This document shows positions 9,704 through 17,278 of a DNA stretch of 32,000 nt, piece by piece. This DNA comes from Promethearchaeota archaeon. Lineage in GTDB: Archaea; Asgardarchaeota; Lokiarchaeia; Sigyniarchaeales; SOKP01. The position numbers and the translations under genes were made by a program. The notes beneath the pieces were generated by a model, which saw only the letters and a program-made list of their open reading frames with translations, searched no databases and had not been told where the DNA came from. How positions within the stretch are numbered: position 1 is the first letter of the stretch; each line of letters begins with the position of its first letter. The DNA lies in assembly GCA_030606485.1 (NCBI GenBank), contig JAUWGH010000008.1, positions 180,001-212,000 of the forward strand, written 5' to 3'.

Positions 9704-9871
9704 TTACTCCTTATTTTGAATTTCTCGATATTCCTTAGTTATCAAAAATCTAATAATTTCAGTGTTATTTTTTATTCCATGATACACTTTAATGTCTTCT
9801 AACTTATGAAATATTTCCGTTTCGATTGGAACATGCAATTCTTTATTTTTCTCAGGCACAATTAGGTACAT
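9704..9871 (-). CDS. 55-aa ribbon-helix-helix (CopG/Arc/MetJ-like) DNA-binding protein, copy 1
   Basis: Below the ORF-track size cut-off. MYLIVPEKNKELHVPIETEIFHKLEDIKVYHGIKNNTEIIRFLITKEYREIQNKE: alternating strand, helix, G-turn, then N-x-T-E-I-I-R helix. The frame is preserved in the duplicate. Confidence 0.8.
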   Translation of the reverse strand: MYLIVPEKNKELHVPIETEIFHKLEDIKVYHGIKNNTEIIRFLITKEYREIQNKE

Positions 9872-9975
9872 TTTACTAATATTATTTAATAATTTTTTTG
9901 ATTATCCATATAAAATCCACAAATAGGAAACCAAATTAATAACCTTATATATAAAAATTATTGATCATCCACTTA

Positions 9976-10014
9976 TTATCCAAAAATTGGATTAAAATTG
10001 GATATCTTTATAAA
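9976..10014 (+). promoter_or_regulatory. Palindromic operator ATCCAA-N3-TTGGAT (9978-9992) plus TATA box TTTATAAA (10007-10014) upstream of antiporter copy 1
   Basis: Both elements are conserved at identical offsets in copy 2 while the flanking intergenic sequence has diverged. Confidence 0.7.
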
Positions 10015-10079
10015 TTAATTTCTGGTTTATTAAAATATAATCCTAAAAATCAAAAAAAATTCATAGTTTCCGTTGAAAA

Positions 10080-11036
10080 ATGTATGAAATCATATTTGCT
10101 ATTATAATTCTTATTGTAGGAATGTTTCTTATATTCTTTTCCAGTAATATAGCTGTCAAGCATTCTGCCATACTCGCATCCGCTCTAGGTATATCTCCCT
10201 TAATAATCGGTATTTCATTGGTGTCAATAGGCACTGATCTTCCTGAAATATTTAATTCAATTATTTCTAGTTCTTTAGGACATGCAGATATTAATGTAGG
10301 TGATTCTGTAGGTTCAATTTTAACTCAGATCACTTTGGTTTTTGGGCTTCTACCTATAATTTGCGGTTCATTTAAGATTGATAGAAAGGAAATTATTATC
10401 TTGGGTGCTTGCCAAATTTTAGCGCTTATAGTGATTTATGCTATTCTTGAAAAAGGATATTTCACTTACCTTAATGCTATTATTTTGGTTGGAAGTTTGG
10501 TGATTTATTTAATAATAATAAGTAGTGTTACTAAGGAAAGCATTTTGGAGCGGGTAGATTTGATAGAAAAAACAAGCACTCCTAAGAGTAAACCATTTCA
10601 TATTTTAATAGCCTTTTTAGGTTTTATAGGAGTAGCTATTGGTGCATATTGCATTGTTCAATCAATAATAACACTCTCAAGTTTATTTCATGTTCATGAA
10701 TATATCATCAGTTTTTTTATAGCTAGCATAGGAACTTCTCTCCCAGAATTAGCGGTCGATGTAAATGCTATTCGTCAGAAACATTATAAAATCGCAATTG
10801 GAGATATAGTTGGTAGTTGTATAGTTGATGCAACACTCTCCATAGGCATAGGACAAGTATTTTTTCCACAAGCAATTTCCGCCGAACTCGCAGTTCCGAC
10901 AGTTCTATATACTATTTTTGCATCTTTTATAGTTTTTATTATTGTTGCAGTTAAAAAAAAAATGGATAAAAAAGCTGGAATTGCTTTCATCATACTCTAT
11001 TTAGTTTCATATTTATTATTATTCATTTTAATCTAA
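10080..11036 (+). CDS. CaCA-family (YrbG/NCX_Mj-like) cation/Ca2+ antiporter, copy 1
   Basis: 318 aa, about 10 TM. Alpha-1 repeat SIGTDLPE...GDSVGSILTQ and alpha-2 repeat IGTSLPE...GDIVGSCIVD. Confidence 0.92.
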   Translation: MYEIIFAIIILIVGMFLIFFSSNIAVKHSAILASALGISPLIIGISLVSIGTDLPEIFNSIISSSLGHADINVGDSVGSILTQITLVFGLLPIICGSFKIDRKEIIILGACQILALIVIYAILEKGYFTYLNAIILVGSLVIYLIIISSVTKESILERVDLIEKTSTPKSKPFHILIAFLGFIGVAIGAYCIVQSIITLSSLFHVHEYIISFFIASIGTSLPELAVDVNAIRQKHYKIAIGDIVGSCIVDATLSIGIGQVFFPQAISAELAVPTVLYTIFASFIVFIIVAVKKKMDKKAGIAFIILYLVSYLLLFILI

Positions 11037-11038
11037 AT

Positions 11039-11173
11039 TTAACCTTCGTACGTTTTCAAACCAGGTATTTCCTCTCTTTCCACTCTCTTCATGCTAATAG
11101 CATCATTTGGGCAAGTGACAGCACATAACCAATATCCTATACATTTTTTTGGATTAATATCAAAATTTAAAGA
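11039..11173 (-). pseudogene. 3' remnant of a 4Fe-4S ferredoxin-domain gene
   Basis: Manual translation SLNFDINPKKCIGYWLCAVTCPNDAISMKRVEREEIPGLKTYEG*. The CxxCxxCxxxCP motif has its second Cys replaced by Tyr, and there is no start codon before the upstream in-frame stop at 11231-11233. Confidence 0.7.
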
Positions 11174-11361
11174 CTTGGGCTTAGATAAATTATAGTTAAT
11201 AAAAATAATCTTTTTATCTCTAAAAACAGATTAATTCCTAAATTTTATCTATTAAAATATTTTTCATTAAAATTTGCAAGCAATATAAAAGTAATCGTTA
11301 TTAGATTAAAAATTTGAAAAATAAGAAAAACCACCAAAAAAGAAATTGAAAATACCTGAAA

Positions 11362-11529
11362 TCACTCGGATGTTTTAATTTCTCGATATTCCTTAGTTAT
11401 CAAAAATCTAATAATTTCAGTATTATTTTTTATTCCATGATACTGTTTAATGTCTTCTAACTTATGAAATATTTCCTTTTCGATTGGAACATGCAATTCT
11501 TTATTTTTCTCAGGCACCATTAGGTACAT
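11362..11529 (-). CDS. 55-aa ribbon-helix-helix protein, copy 2
   Basis: MYLMVPEKNKELHVPIEKEIFHKLEDIKQYHGIKNNTEIIRFLITKEYREIKTSE. Six substitutions vs copy 1, same length despite a different stop codon (TGA vs TAA). Confidence 0.8.
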   Translation of the reverse strand: MYLMVPEKNKELHVPIEKEIFHKLEDIKQYHGIKNNTEIIRFLITKEYREIKTSE

Positions 11530-11633
11530 TTTACTAATATTATTTAATAATTTTTTTGATTATCCAAATAAAATCCACAAATTAGACATTAAATTGATAA
11601 CTTTAAATAAAAAAGTTTTTGAATACTCATTTT

Positions 11634-11672
11634 TTATCCAATAATTGGATAAGAATAAGATAACTTTATAAA
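11634..11672 (+). promoter_or_regulatory. Perfect palindrome TTATCCAAT-A-ATTGGATAA (11634-11652) plus TATA box TTTATAAA (11665-11672)
   Basis: Read directly from the sequence; positionally homologous to the copy 1 element. Confidence 0.72.
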
Positions 11673-11737
11673 TTGACTTAAAGTTTATTTATATATAATC
11701 CACAAATTGAAAAAAAATTCAAACCTTCTGCTGAAAA

Positions 11738-12700
11738 ATGTATGAAATCATATTTGCGATTATAATTCTTATTATAGGAATATTTCTTATAGCATTTTCC
11801 AGTAAAATCGCTGTAAAACATTCAGCAATCCTCGCAACAGCTCTTGGTGTATCACCTTTAATAATCGGGCTCTCATTGGTATCAATAGGAACTGATCTTC
11901 CAGAAATTTTTAACTCAATTATCTCATGTTCTTTAGGGCACGGAGATATTGATGTGGGGGATTCTGTAGGTTCAGATTTAACTCAATTAACTTTAGTTTT
12001 TGGACTTCTGCCCATAATTTGCGGCTCATTTAAGATTGATAGAAGGGAAATCATTGTATTAGGTGGATGTGAGATTTTATCGCTTATAGTAATTTATGCC
12101 ATTGTTGAAAAAGGATATTTTACTCGACTTAATGCACTCATTATGGTTGGGAGTTTGGTGATATATTTAATAATAATAAGTAGAGTTACTAAGGAAAGTA
12201 TTTTAGAGCGGGTAGATTTGATGGAAGAAATTGAAACTACTAAAAGCAAACCATTTCATATTATGATTGCCTCTTTAGGTTTCATAGGCGTAGCTATTGG
12301 CGCATATGCAATCGTTCAATCAATAATAACACTCTCAAGTGTACTTGATGTTCATGAATATATCATCAGTTTCTTTATAGCTAGCCTCGGTACTTCTCTC
12401 CCAGAATTAGTAGTCGATATAAATGCTATTCGTAATAAACATTATAAGATCGCAATCGGAGATGTTGTTGGTAGTTGCATAGTTGATTCAACACTCTCCA
12501 TAGGAATAGGACAAGTACTTTTTCCACAAGCAGTTTCTGCCGAAATCGCAATTCCTACAATTCTTTATACTCTTTTAATATCTTTAATTGTTTTTGTCAT
12601 GGTTGCAGTAAGAAAAAAAATGGATAAAAAAGCTGGTATTATCTTCATTTCCCTATATTTAGCTTCATACATATTTCTCTTTTTTATGATTTGGGTTTGA
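11738..12700 (+). CDS. CaCA-family cation/Ca2+ antiporter, copy 2
   Basis: 320 aa, about 82% identical to copy 1 by manual alignment (about 58 differences). GTDLPE/GDSVGSDLTQ and GTSLPE/GDVVGSCIVD. Confidence 0.92.
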   Translation: MYEIIFAIIILIIGIFLIAFSSKIAVKHSAILATALGVSPLIIGLSLVSIGTDLPEIFNSIISCSLGHGDIDVGDSVGSDLTQLTLVFGLLPIICGSFKIDRREIIVLGGCEILSLIVIYAIVEKGYFTRLNALIMVGSLVIYLIIISRVTKESILERVDLMEEIETTKSKPFHIMIASLGFIGVAIGAYAIVQSIITLSSVLDVHEYIISFFIASLGTSLPELVVDINAIRNKHYKIAIGDVVGSCIVDSTLSIGIGQVLFPQAVSAEIAIPTILYTLLISLIVFVMVAVRKKMDKKAGIIFISLYLASYIFLFFMIWV

Positions 12701-12786
12701 GGTTTCAGAATTTTATTCGTATTTTTACATCTCTAAATCAGGTATATCATAAGTTTAATTAATCATTAATAAATATAAAGTTTTAA

Positions 12787-14022
12787 TTACTCACTTAGCT
12801 GGATACTGGTTGGAATAATAATTGCTTTTAATGATTCTCCATGATCTTCTATTAATTTATTAATTAAATCTGCCCATTTTTTAAACAATAATACCTTTGA
12901 CTTTCCATAGATATGATCAAGATCACTATTACTAAGATATTCTGAAAAACAATATACATTTCTTCGTTTTACAAAGGCTTTCCAAATCATTTGTTCACAA
13001 ACAGGAGTATATAATTTTGCTCCCGTTTCCGCAATTAGACTGTGGAATCCACGTCCTTCATAACATGAAGCCATAATGGCAATTGTGCCATATCTTTTTA
13101 ACATGTTATTTGGGGCTGTCATTAAGAAATTAAAAGCTTTATGCATACCTTGCGTGAGTTCTGTATCTTCTGGAAACAGATTAAAAAACGCAACGTCATT
13201 ATCTAAAGTAACTTTTGTCTTATATACTTGATTACCTAATTCCATTGCTTTTCTATGTGCCTTAATATAGTCTCCTGCAAAACAACCTCCAATTTTTCCA
13301 TTTTCTGTAAGAATTATATTTATACTAAAATCCAACCCTACCTTTTTGGCAGTATCTTCAATATCTTTTCTAATCTCAGTAACACGACCCATTCCTGCTC
13401 CTGATCCTCCTTTCATTGCCATACTATGGTTTCCATATAAAGTTTCAATTCCACAAACCCCTGGTAAGACAATTTTTGCTCCACCACCAAATCCAGCTAA
13501 AGGATGAGGGATAACACCACCTATTGCAATTTTTAAATCAGACTCATAATAGGTTTTATTAACATGAATTGGTGTACCCATCATTGTTTTTCCTAAATCT
13601 ACTAAATTCTCATAAGGATGATGGTTTTCAACATTATAATTTTCGACAATTTCTATCCCCAGTTTTAAGGTATAATCATGTCTATTCATTGGTCTATGTG
13701 CTCCTGTAGCACCAATTATTGTAATTTGGTCTTTAGAAATACCACTATTATGAAGTTCTTCTAAAACATAGGGGATTATTTGGTATATTGGTGTAGGTCT
13801 TGACATATCATCAATAACAATTGCAATATTCTTCTTACCTTGAGCAAGTTCAGATAATTTTAAAGAACCAATAGGATTCAAAACAGCATTTTTTATATCA
13901 ACTTCTGAAATTTCTTCAGTGTTGTTCATTCTACCTTCTGAAACTTCCCATGTTTCTGGGAACTCAAATTCTCTGAACTCCGGCTCTTTCCATGATGCCC
14001 AAGGAACCTTTATTTTTACCAT
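12787..14022 (-). CDS. larA: LarA-family nickel-pincer-dependent lactate racemase/alpha-hydroxyacid epimerase (DUF2088)
   Basis: 411 aa with VIDDMSRPTP, GATGAHR, NHH, GxTxxGTP, IPHPLAGFGGGAKIVLPG and GNH motifs. Confidence 0.85.
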   Translation of the reverse strand: MVKIKVPWASWKEPEFREFEFPETWEVSEGRMNNTEEISEVDIKNAVLNPIGSLKLSELAQGKKNIAIVIDDMSRPTPIYQIIPYVLEELHNSGISKDQITIIGATGAHRPMNRHDYTLKLGIEIVENYNVENHHPYENLVDLGKTMMGTPIHVNKTYYESDLKIAIGGVIPHPLAGFGGGAKIVLPGVCGIETLYGNHSMAMKGGSGAGMGRVTEIRKDIEDTAKKVGLDFSINIILTENGKIGGCFAGDYIKAHRKAMELGNQVYKTKVTLDNDVAFFNLFPEDTELTQGMHKAFNFLMTAPNNMLKRYGTIAIMASCYEGRGFHSLIAETGAKLYTPVCEQMIWKAFVKRRNVYCFSEYLSNSDLDHIYGKSKVLLFKKWADLINKLIEDHGESLKAIIIPTSIQLSE

Positions 14023-14187
14023 TTTTAATTATCAATTTTAATTTTCTTTAATAATTTATAGTTAGCAAAAATAATAAAATATGTAAAGTTTAATATTATT
14101 TGATAATAACATTGAGTTTTTTATAGTTTTTCACTTTATAGAAAACCTGTTGTCTTGTTAAATTTAAATGCTTATTCTGTTTATTTA

Positions 14188-14426
14188 TATAAAGAAAGAA
14201 TTGTTTTTGCATCGGATCAAATTTGTTCTATTATCTATTTCAGAAATTCGGAACAAAGATTACAGTAATCTCAGAGATCGGAAATAAAAAATTGGATTCG
14301 GAAGAAATATTTGAGGAAATTGTTTCATTACTCCATTGCTATTCAATGAAATTATATTCAAAAGGAAAAGAAGAAATTATCATTAAATTAATTAAGGAAA
14401 ATGAAAAACTGAGCAAATACAGGTAA
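14188..14426 (+). pseudogene. tnpA: C-terminal remnant of an IS607 TnpA serine recombinase
   Basis: LFYYLFQKFGTKITVISE...SEEIFEEIVSLLHCYSMKLYS matches the IS607 TnpA C-terminus. The YKERI (YKDRL-like) motif at 14188 is in a different frame, and the MerR-like N-terminus is missing. Confidence 0.8.
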
Positions 14427-15607
14427 AAAAATCATCGGAATTATCTAAATTATGTCATCTTGCTAAAAACCTTTACAATTCAAGTAATTGGTATTTCAGA
14501 CAGGACTTCTTCAAATTGGAGAATATCCTTTCTTATTACGATTTGGATTTTATTCTCAAGCATAAAGAAGCGTATCGGAATCTACCCGCTCAAACATCTC
14601 AGCAAATTCTCAAATTAATTATCAGGAATTGGAAGTCCTATTTTAGGACAATAAAAAAGTATAGACAAGATTATAGGAAATTCCAGAAGAGACCGAGAAT
14701 TCCAGGTTATAAAAAGAAAAACGGAGAATCTATCGCTATCTTCACAAATCAATAATGTAAAATAAAGAAGGGATATTTATATTTTCCTGAAAAAAGCGGT
14801 CTCGAACCGATCAAAACGAGAATTAAAGAGAAACTAAAAGAAGTAAGAATAATTCCTAAAGGGGTTTGTTATGTTGTAGAGATAATTTACGAGAGAGAAA
14901 AGCAAGATTTAGGGTTAAATAAAGATAAAAAATTATCAATTGATTTGGGGTTAAACAACCTCATAACTGCTGTAAATAATATCGGGCTAAAACCGATTAT
15001 TATTAAAGGTGGGGCTGTAAAGTCTGTAAATCAATTTTATAATAAACAATTAGCGTATTATAAAAGTATTGCGAAGAAAACGAATGTTTTGGAATTAACA
15101 AAAAGAATAGAAAGAATACATTTAAAGCGGAACAACAAAATAAACACATTGTTTCACAGAATCTCCAAAAATCTAATCGATTATGGCATAAAAAATAATC
15201 TCGGAACCATCGTGATCGGGTATAATAACGGGTGGAAGCGGAAAATAAATATCGGAAAGAGAAACAATCAGAAATTTGTTCAAATTCCGTTCTTGAAATT
15301 GATTAATCAAATAAAATACAAGGCGGAATTAATCGGGGTTAACGTTGTTTGTAATAATGAAGACCATACGTCCAAATGCAGTTTTCTCTATAATGAAGAG
15401 ATTAAACACCATGATAAATACCTCGGGAAACGGATCAAACGTGGTTTATTTAAATCAAAGAATGGCATTTTGATCAATGCGGATGTCAACGGTGCGTATA
15501 ATATAATGAAAAAAGCATTCCCAAATTCCGTATCGGTTGATGGGATAGAGGCATTAGGACTAATGCCACAAATAATTAGTCAAAATTTGTTTGATAATAT
15601 TATTTGA
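14401..15607 (+). pseudogene. tnpB: TnpB RNA-guided endonuclease pseudogene
   Basis: ATG at 14401 is one base out of frame with KTEQIQVKKSSELSKLCHLAKNLYN. An in-frame TAA at 14753-14755 splits the ORF-track fragments 14516-14755 and 14945-15607, which share a frame. RuvC motifs SIDLGLNN, IVIGYNNGWK, NEDHTSKCS and NADVNGAYNI. Confidence 0.9.
15550..15567 (+). ncRNA. Hairpin likely belonging to the TnpB omega/reRNA scaffold
   Basis: Perfect inverted repeat GGCATTAG-GA-CTAATGCC in the last codons of tnpB, where TnpB guide-RNA scaffolds are encoded. The full RNA extent is not determinable. Confidence 0.5.
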
Positions 15608-15695
15608 AATAATTTGAATACAATTTTATTCATTTTAATAGTCTACCGCTTGGTTCATGAATTATTGAAATCATTTTAGTCAAAATGAATCACTT

Positions 15696-16370
15696 TTATG
15701 GAATTAATTTGATACCTCTTGCTAATATGCGGTCAATAGCAATTTTACTCCTTTTAACTATAAGTAGATAATTATTAGCAGATCTACTTAAGATATGAAT
15801 TCGTTGCCCAGGGAATATTCCAATACTAATTAATTTCGTCATAAGATTACAGCTATTCCATGAAATATCTACAATAGTGCCAGAAGGTAATATGAATTGA
15901 GAAAGTGGAATTCCTTGACCTTTCAATTGAGAAACTGCAAACATACCTTGAATAGCATTTTCTGTTAATGAATGTTCAAGAATATGAGCCATTTGATGAG
16001 CATTGCATTTATTAGTTTGGCTCTTTATAAAATATTCGATTTCCATATGTTTTTTTAAAATCTCTCCTCCTATTTCCACCCCTGTAGGAGTTAATGAATA
16101 TATATTACCTTGCAGAATAATAAGCTTCTCTTTTTGTAGCCGTTTTAAAACCTCATCCAAAATTATATTAAAATTTTTAGCAATTCTCTTAAGTATAGGT
16201 AAATCAATTTTTTTCTCTTTATTTTCAAACATAAATTTAAGAATATCTTCTTCCCCTCTTTTTAAAATCTCTTCAGCACTTATTTTTAATGGCTGAATTT
16301 CTACTCTATTCCAACCTTTTCTTCTTCCACCCCTCTTCTGATGTTTTCTTCTCTTTCTTCCTTTATGCAT
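15696..16370 (-). CDS. DtxR/MntR-family metal-dependent regulator with a C-terminal FeoA/SH3-like domain
   Basis: 224 aa. Winged HTH ending LTPTG, metal-site motifs KKHMEIE and AHQMAHILEH, FeoA-like LISIGIFPGQRI...SKIAIDRILA, and a basic N-terminal tail. Confidence 0.85.
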   Translation of the reverse strand: MHKGRKRRKHQKRGGRRKGWNRVEIQPLKISAEEILKRGEEDILKFMFENKEKKIDLPILKRIAKNFNIILDEVLKRLQKEKLIILQGNIYSLTPTGVEIGGEILKKHMEIEYFIKSQTNKCNAHQMAHILEHSLTENAIQGMFAVSQLKGQGIPLSQFILPSGTIVDISWNSCNLMTKLISIGIFPGQRIHILSRSANNYLLIVKRSKIAIDRILARGIKLIP

Positions 16371-16373
16371 TTT

Positions 16374-16709
16374 TTATCTTCTATTATTAATCTTTTTCCT
16401 GGTTTTATCCAAATTAATCATTTTTTTTCCTTTTTTTGATATCTCAAAAAAAATTTTAGGTAAATTTTCAGAACATTCATTGGCAAAAGAGCAGAATTTA
16501 CATTTCAAAGAAGCCTCTTTTTGAAATTCTCCCTCATCAATAAGTTTTAAGAAACCTTGTTTTAATAATGATTGAATTACAGTATCCAATAATTCCTTCG
16601 AAATATCTAAAGTATTTGCTAAAAGTTTAGGACTTGTTACTCCCTGTTGAATAAGATTTTTTAGAACTTTATGATATAAATTTGAGTCTGATTTATCTAT
16701 AAAATTCAA
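16374..16709 (-). CDS. FeoC-like winged-helix protein with a Cys cluster
   Basis: 111 aa. wHTH (SPKLLANTLDISKELLDTVIQSLLKQGFL) followed by CKFCSFANEC. Divergent from feoAB and 3 nt upstream of the DtxR gene. Confidence 0.75.
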   Translation of the reverse strand: MNFIDKSDSNLYHKVLKNLIQQGVTSPKLLANTLDISKELLDTVIQSLLKQGFLKLIDEGEFQKEASLKCKFCSFANECSENLPKIFFEISKKGKKMINLDKTRKKINNRR

Positions 16710-16800
16710 TCACTCCAATTTTTTAAATTAAATCTCTATTAATATATCTCTTTTCTGTATTTTTTTGAATATATCAAATTTTTTAAATATTAGATAATAT

Positions 16801-16818
16801 AATTAGGTTATTCTAAAT
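16801..16818. promoter_or_regulatory. Putative DtxR-type operator box 1, AATTAG-GTTATT-CTAAAT
   Basis: TTAG-N6-CTAA inverted repeat, similar to the TTAG...CTAA core of known DtxR/IdeR/SirR boxes. A second copy is at 16985. Confidence 0.6.
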
Positions 16819-16984
16819 CTTATAAAATAATGGTTATATAAAATATTTATTCTTATATTTTGTATTTAATATTGATTTATATAATTTAAATTTATATTGT
16901 TTTTACTTACATTTTACACTTATTTCATTTAGAACTCTAAGGGTTAAAATAATTAAGTTTAAATATATATTTAATATTTACTAA

Positions 16985-17002
16985 AATTAGTTATTTCTAA
17001 AT
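16985..17002. promoter_or_regulatory. Putative DtxR-type operator box 2, AATTAG-TTATTT-CTAAAT
   Basis: Same arms as box 1. Lies just downstream of a TTTAAATA TATA-like box (about 16958-16965), over the predicted feoA transcription start. Confidence 0.6.
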
Positions 17003-17025
17003 TACAAAAAGAAAAGTATAAATAA

Positions 17026-17262
17026 TTGGTGATTAAAATACAAATGAAGCTTTCTGAATTACCATTTAATACATTAGCAAAAATAAAATCGATTGACAAG
17101 AAAGTTACAACCAGAGTAGTGGCGATGGGTATTGTGCTAGGAACAGATATAAAAGTAATTCGAGCATCACCTTTAGGAGATCCGTTAGAACTTGAAGTAA
17201 AAAATTATAATCTCAGTTTGAGAAAATCTGTATGTAAATTAATAGAAGTGGAGAGAATTTAA
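17026..17262 (+). CDS. feoA: Ferrous iron transport protein A (real start possibly ATG 17044)
   Basis: RVVAMGIVLGTDIKVIRASPLGDPLEL...LSLRK FeoA signature. Confidence 0.95.
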   Translation: MVIKIQMKLSELPFNTLAKIKSIDKKVTTRVVAMGIVLGTDIKVIRASPLGDPLELEVKNYNLSLRKSVCKLIEVERI

Positions 17263-17278
17263 AAGAGGTTAAAAAAAA

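Larger units (their letters stand above)
9691..11036. repeat. Tandem duplication, copy 1 (RHH gene, promoter region and CaCA antiporter); period 1658 bp
   Basis: The left boundary (AAAATACTTG 9691 vs AAAATACCTG 11349), RHH ATG (9871/11529), palindrome (9978/11636), TATA (10007/11665) and antiporter ATG (10080/11738) all have an offset of exactly 1658. Confidence 0.95.
11349..12694. repeat. Tandem duplication, copy 2
   Basis: Colinear with 9691-11036 at +1658. Confidence 0.95.
14091..15640 (+). mobile_element. Degenerate IS607-type element (serine-recombinase tnpA remnant plus tnpB); ends approximate
   Basis: The tnpA-tnpB arrangement with overlapping genes is typical of IS607. The 13-mer TAATATTATTTGA occurs at 14091-14103 and 15595-15607, with short TTTGA direct repeats at the right end. 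Boundaries cannot be fixed by eye. Confidence 0.7.

Noticed and set aside
12700-12760. Possible second ferredoxin-tail remnant after antiporter copy 2 (shared TTCGTA and CAGGTAT words)
   Set aside because: The match is too short and gapped to distinguish from chance in AT-rich DNA.
14753-14755. In-frame stop in tnpB as possible programmed readthrough or recoding
   Set aside because: It is TAA (not TGA/TAG) at a position where Gln (CAA) fits, and tnpA and the tnpB start are also broken, so simple decay explains it.
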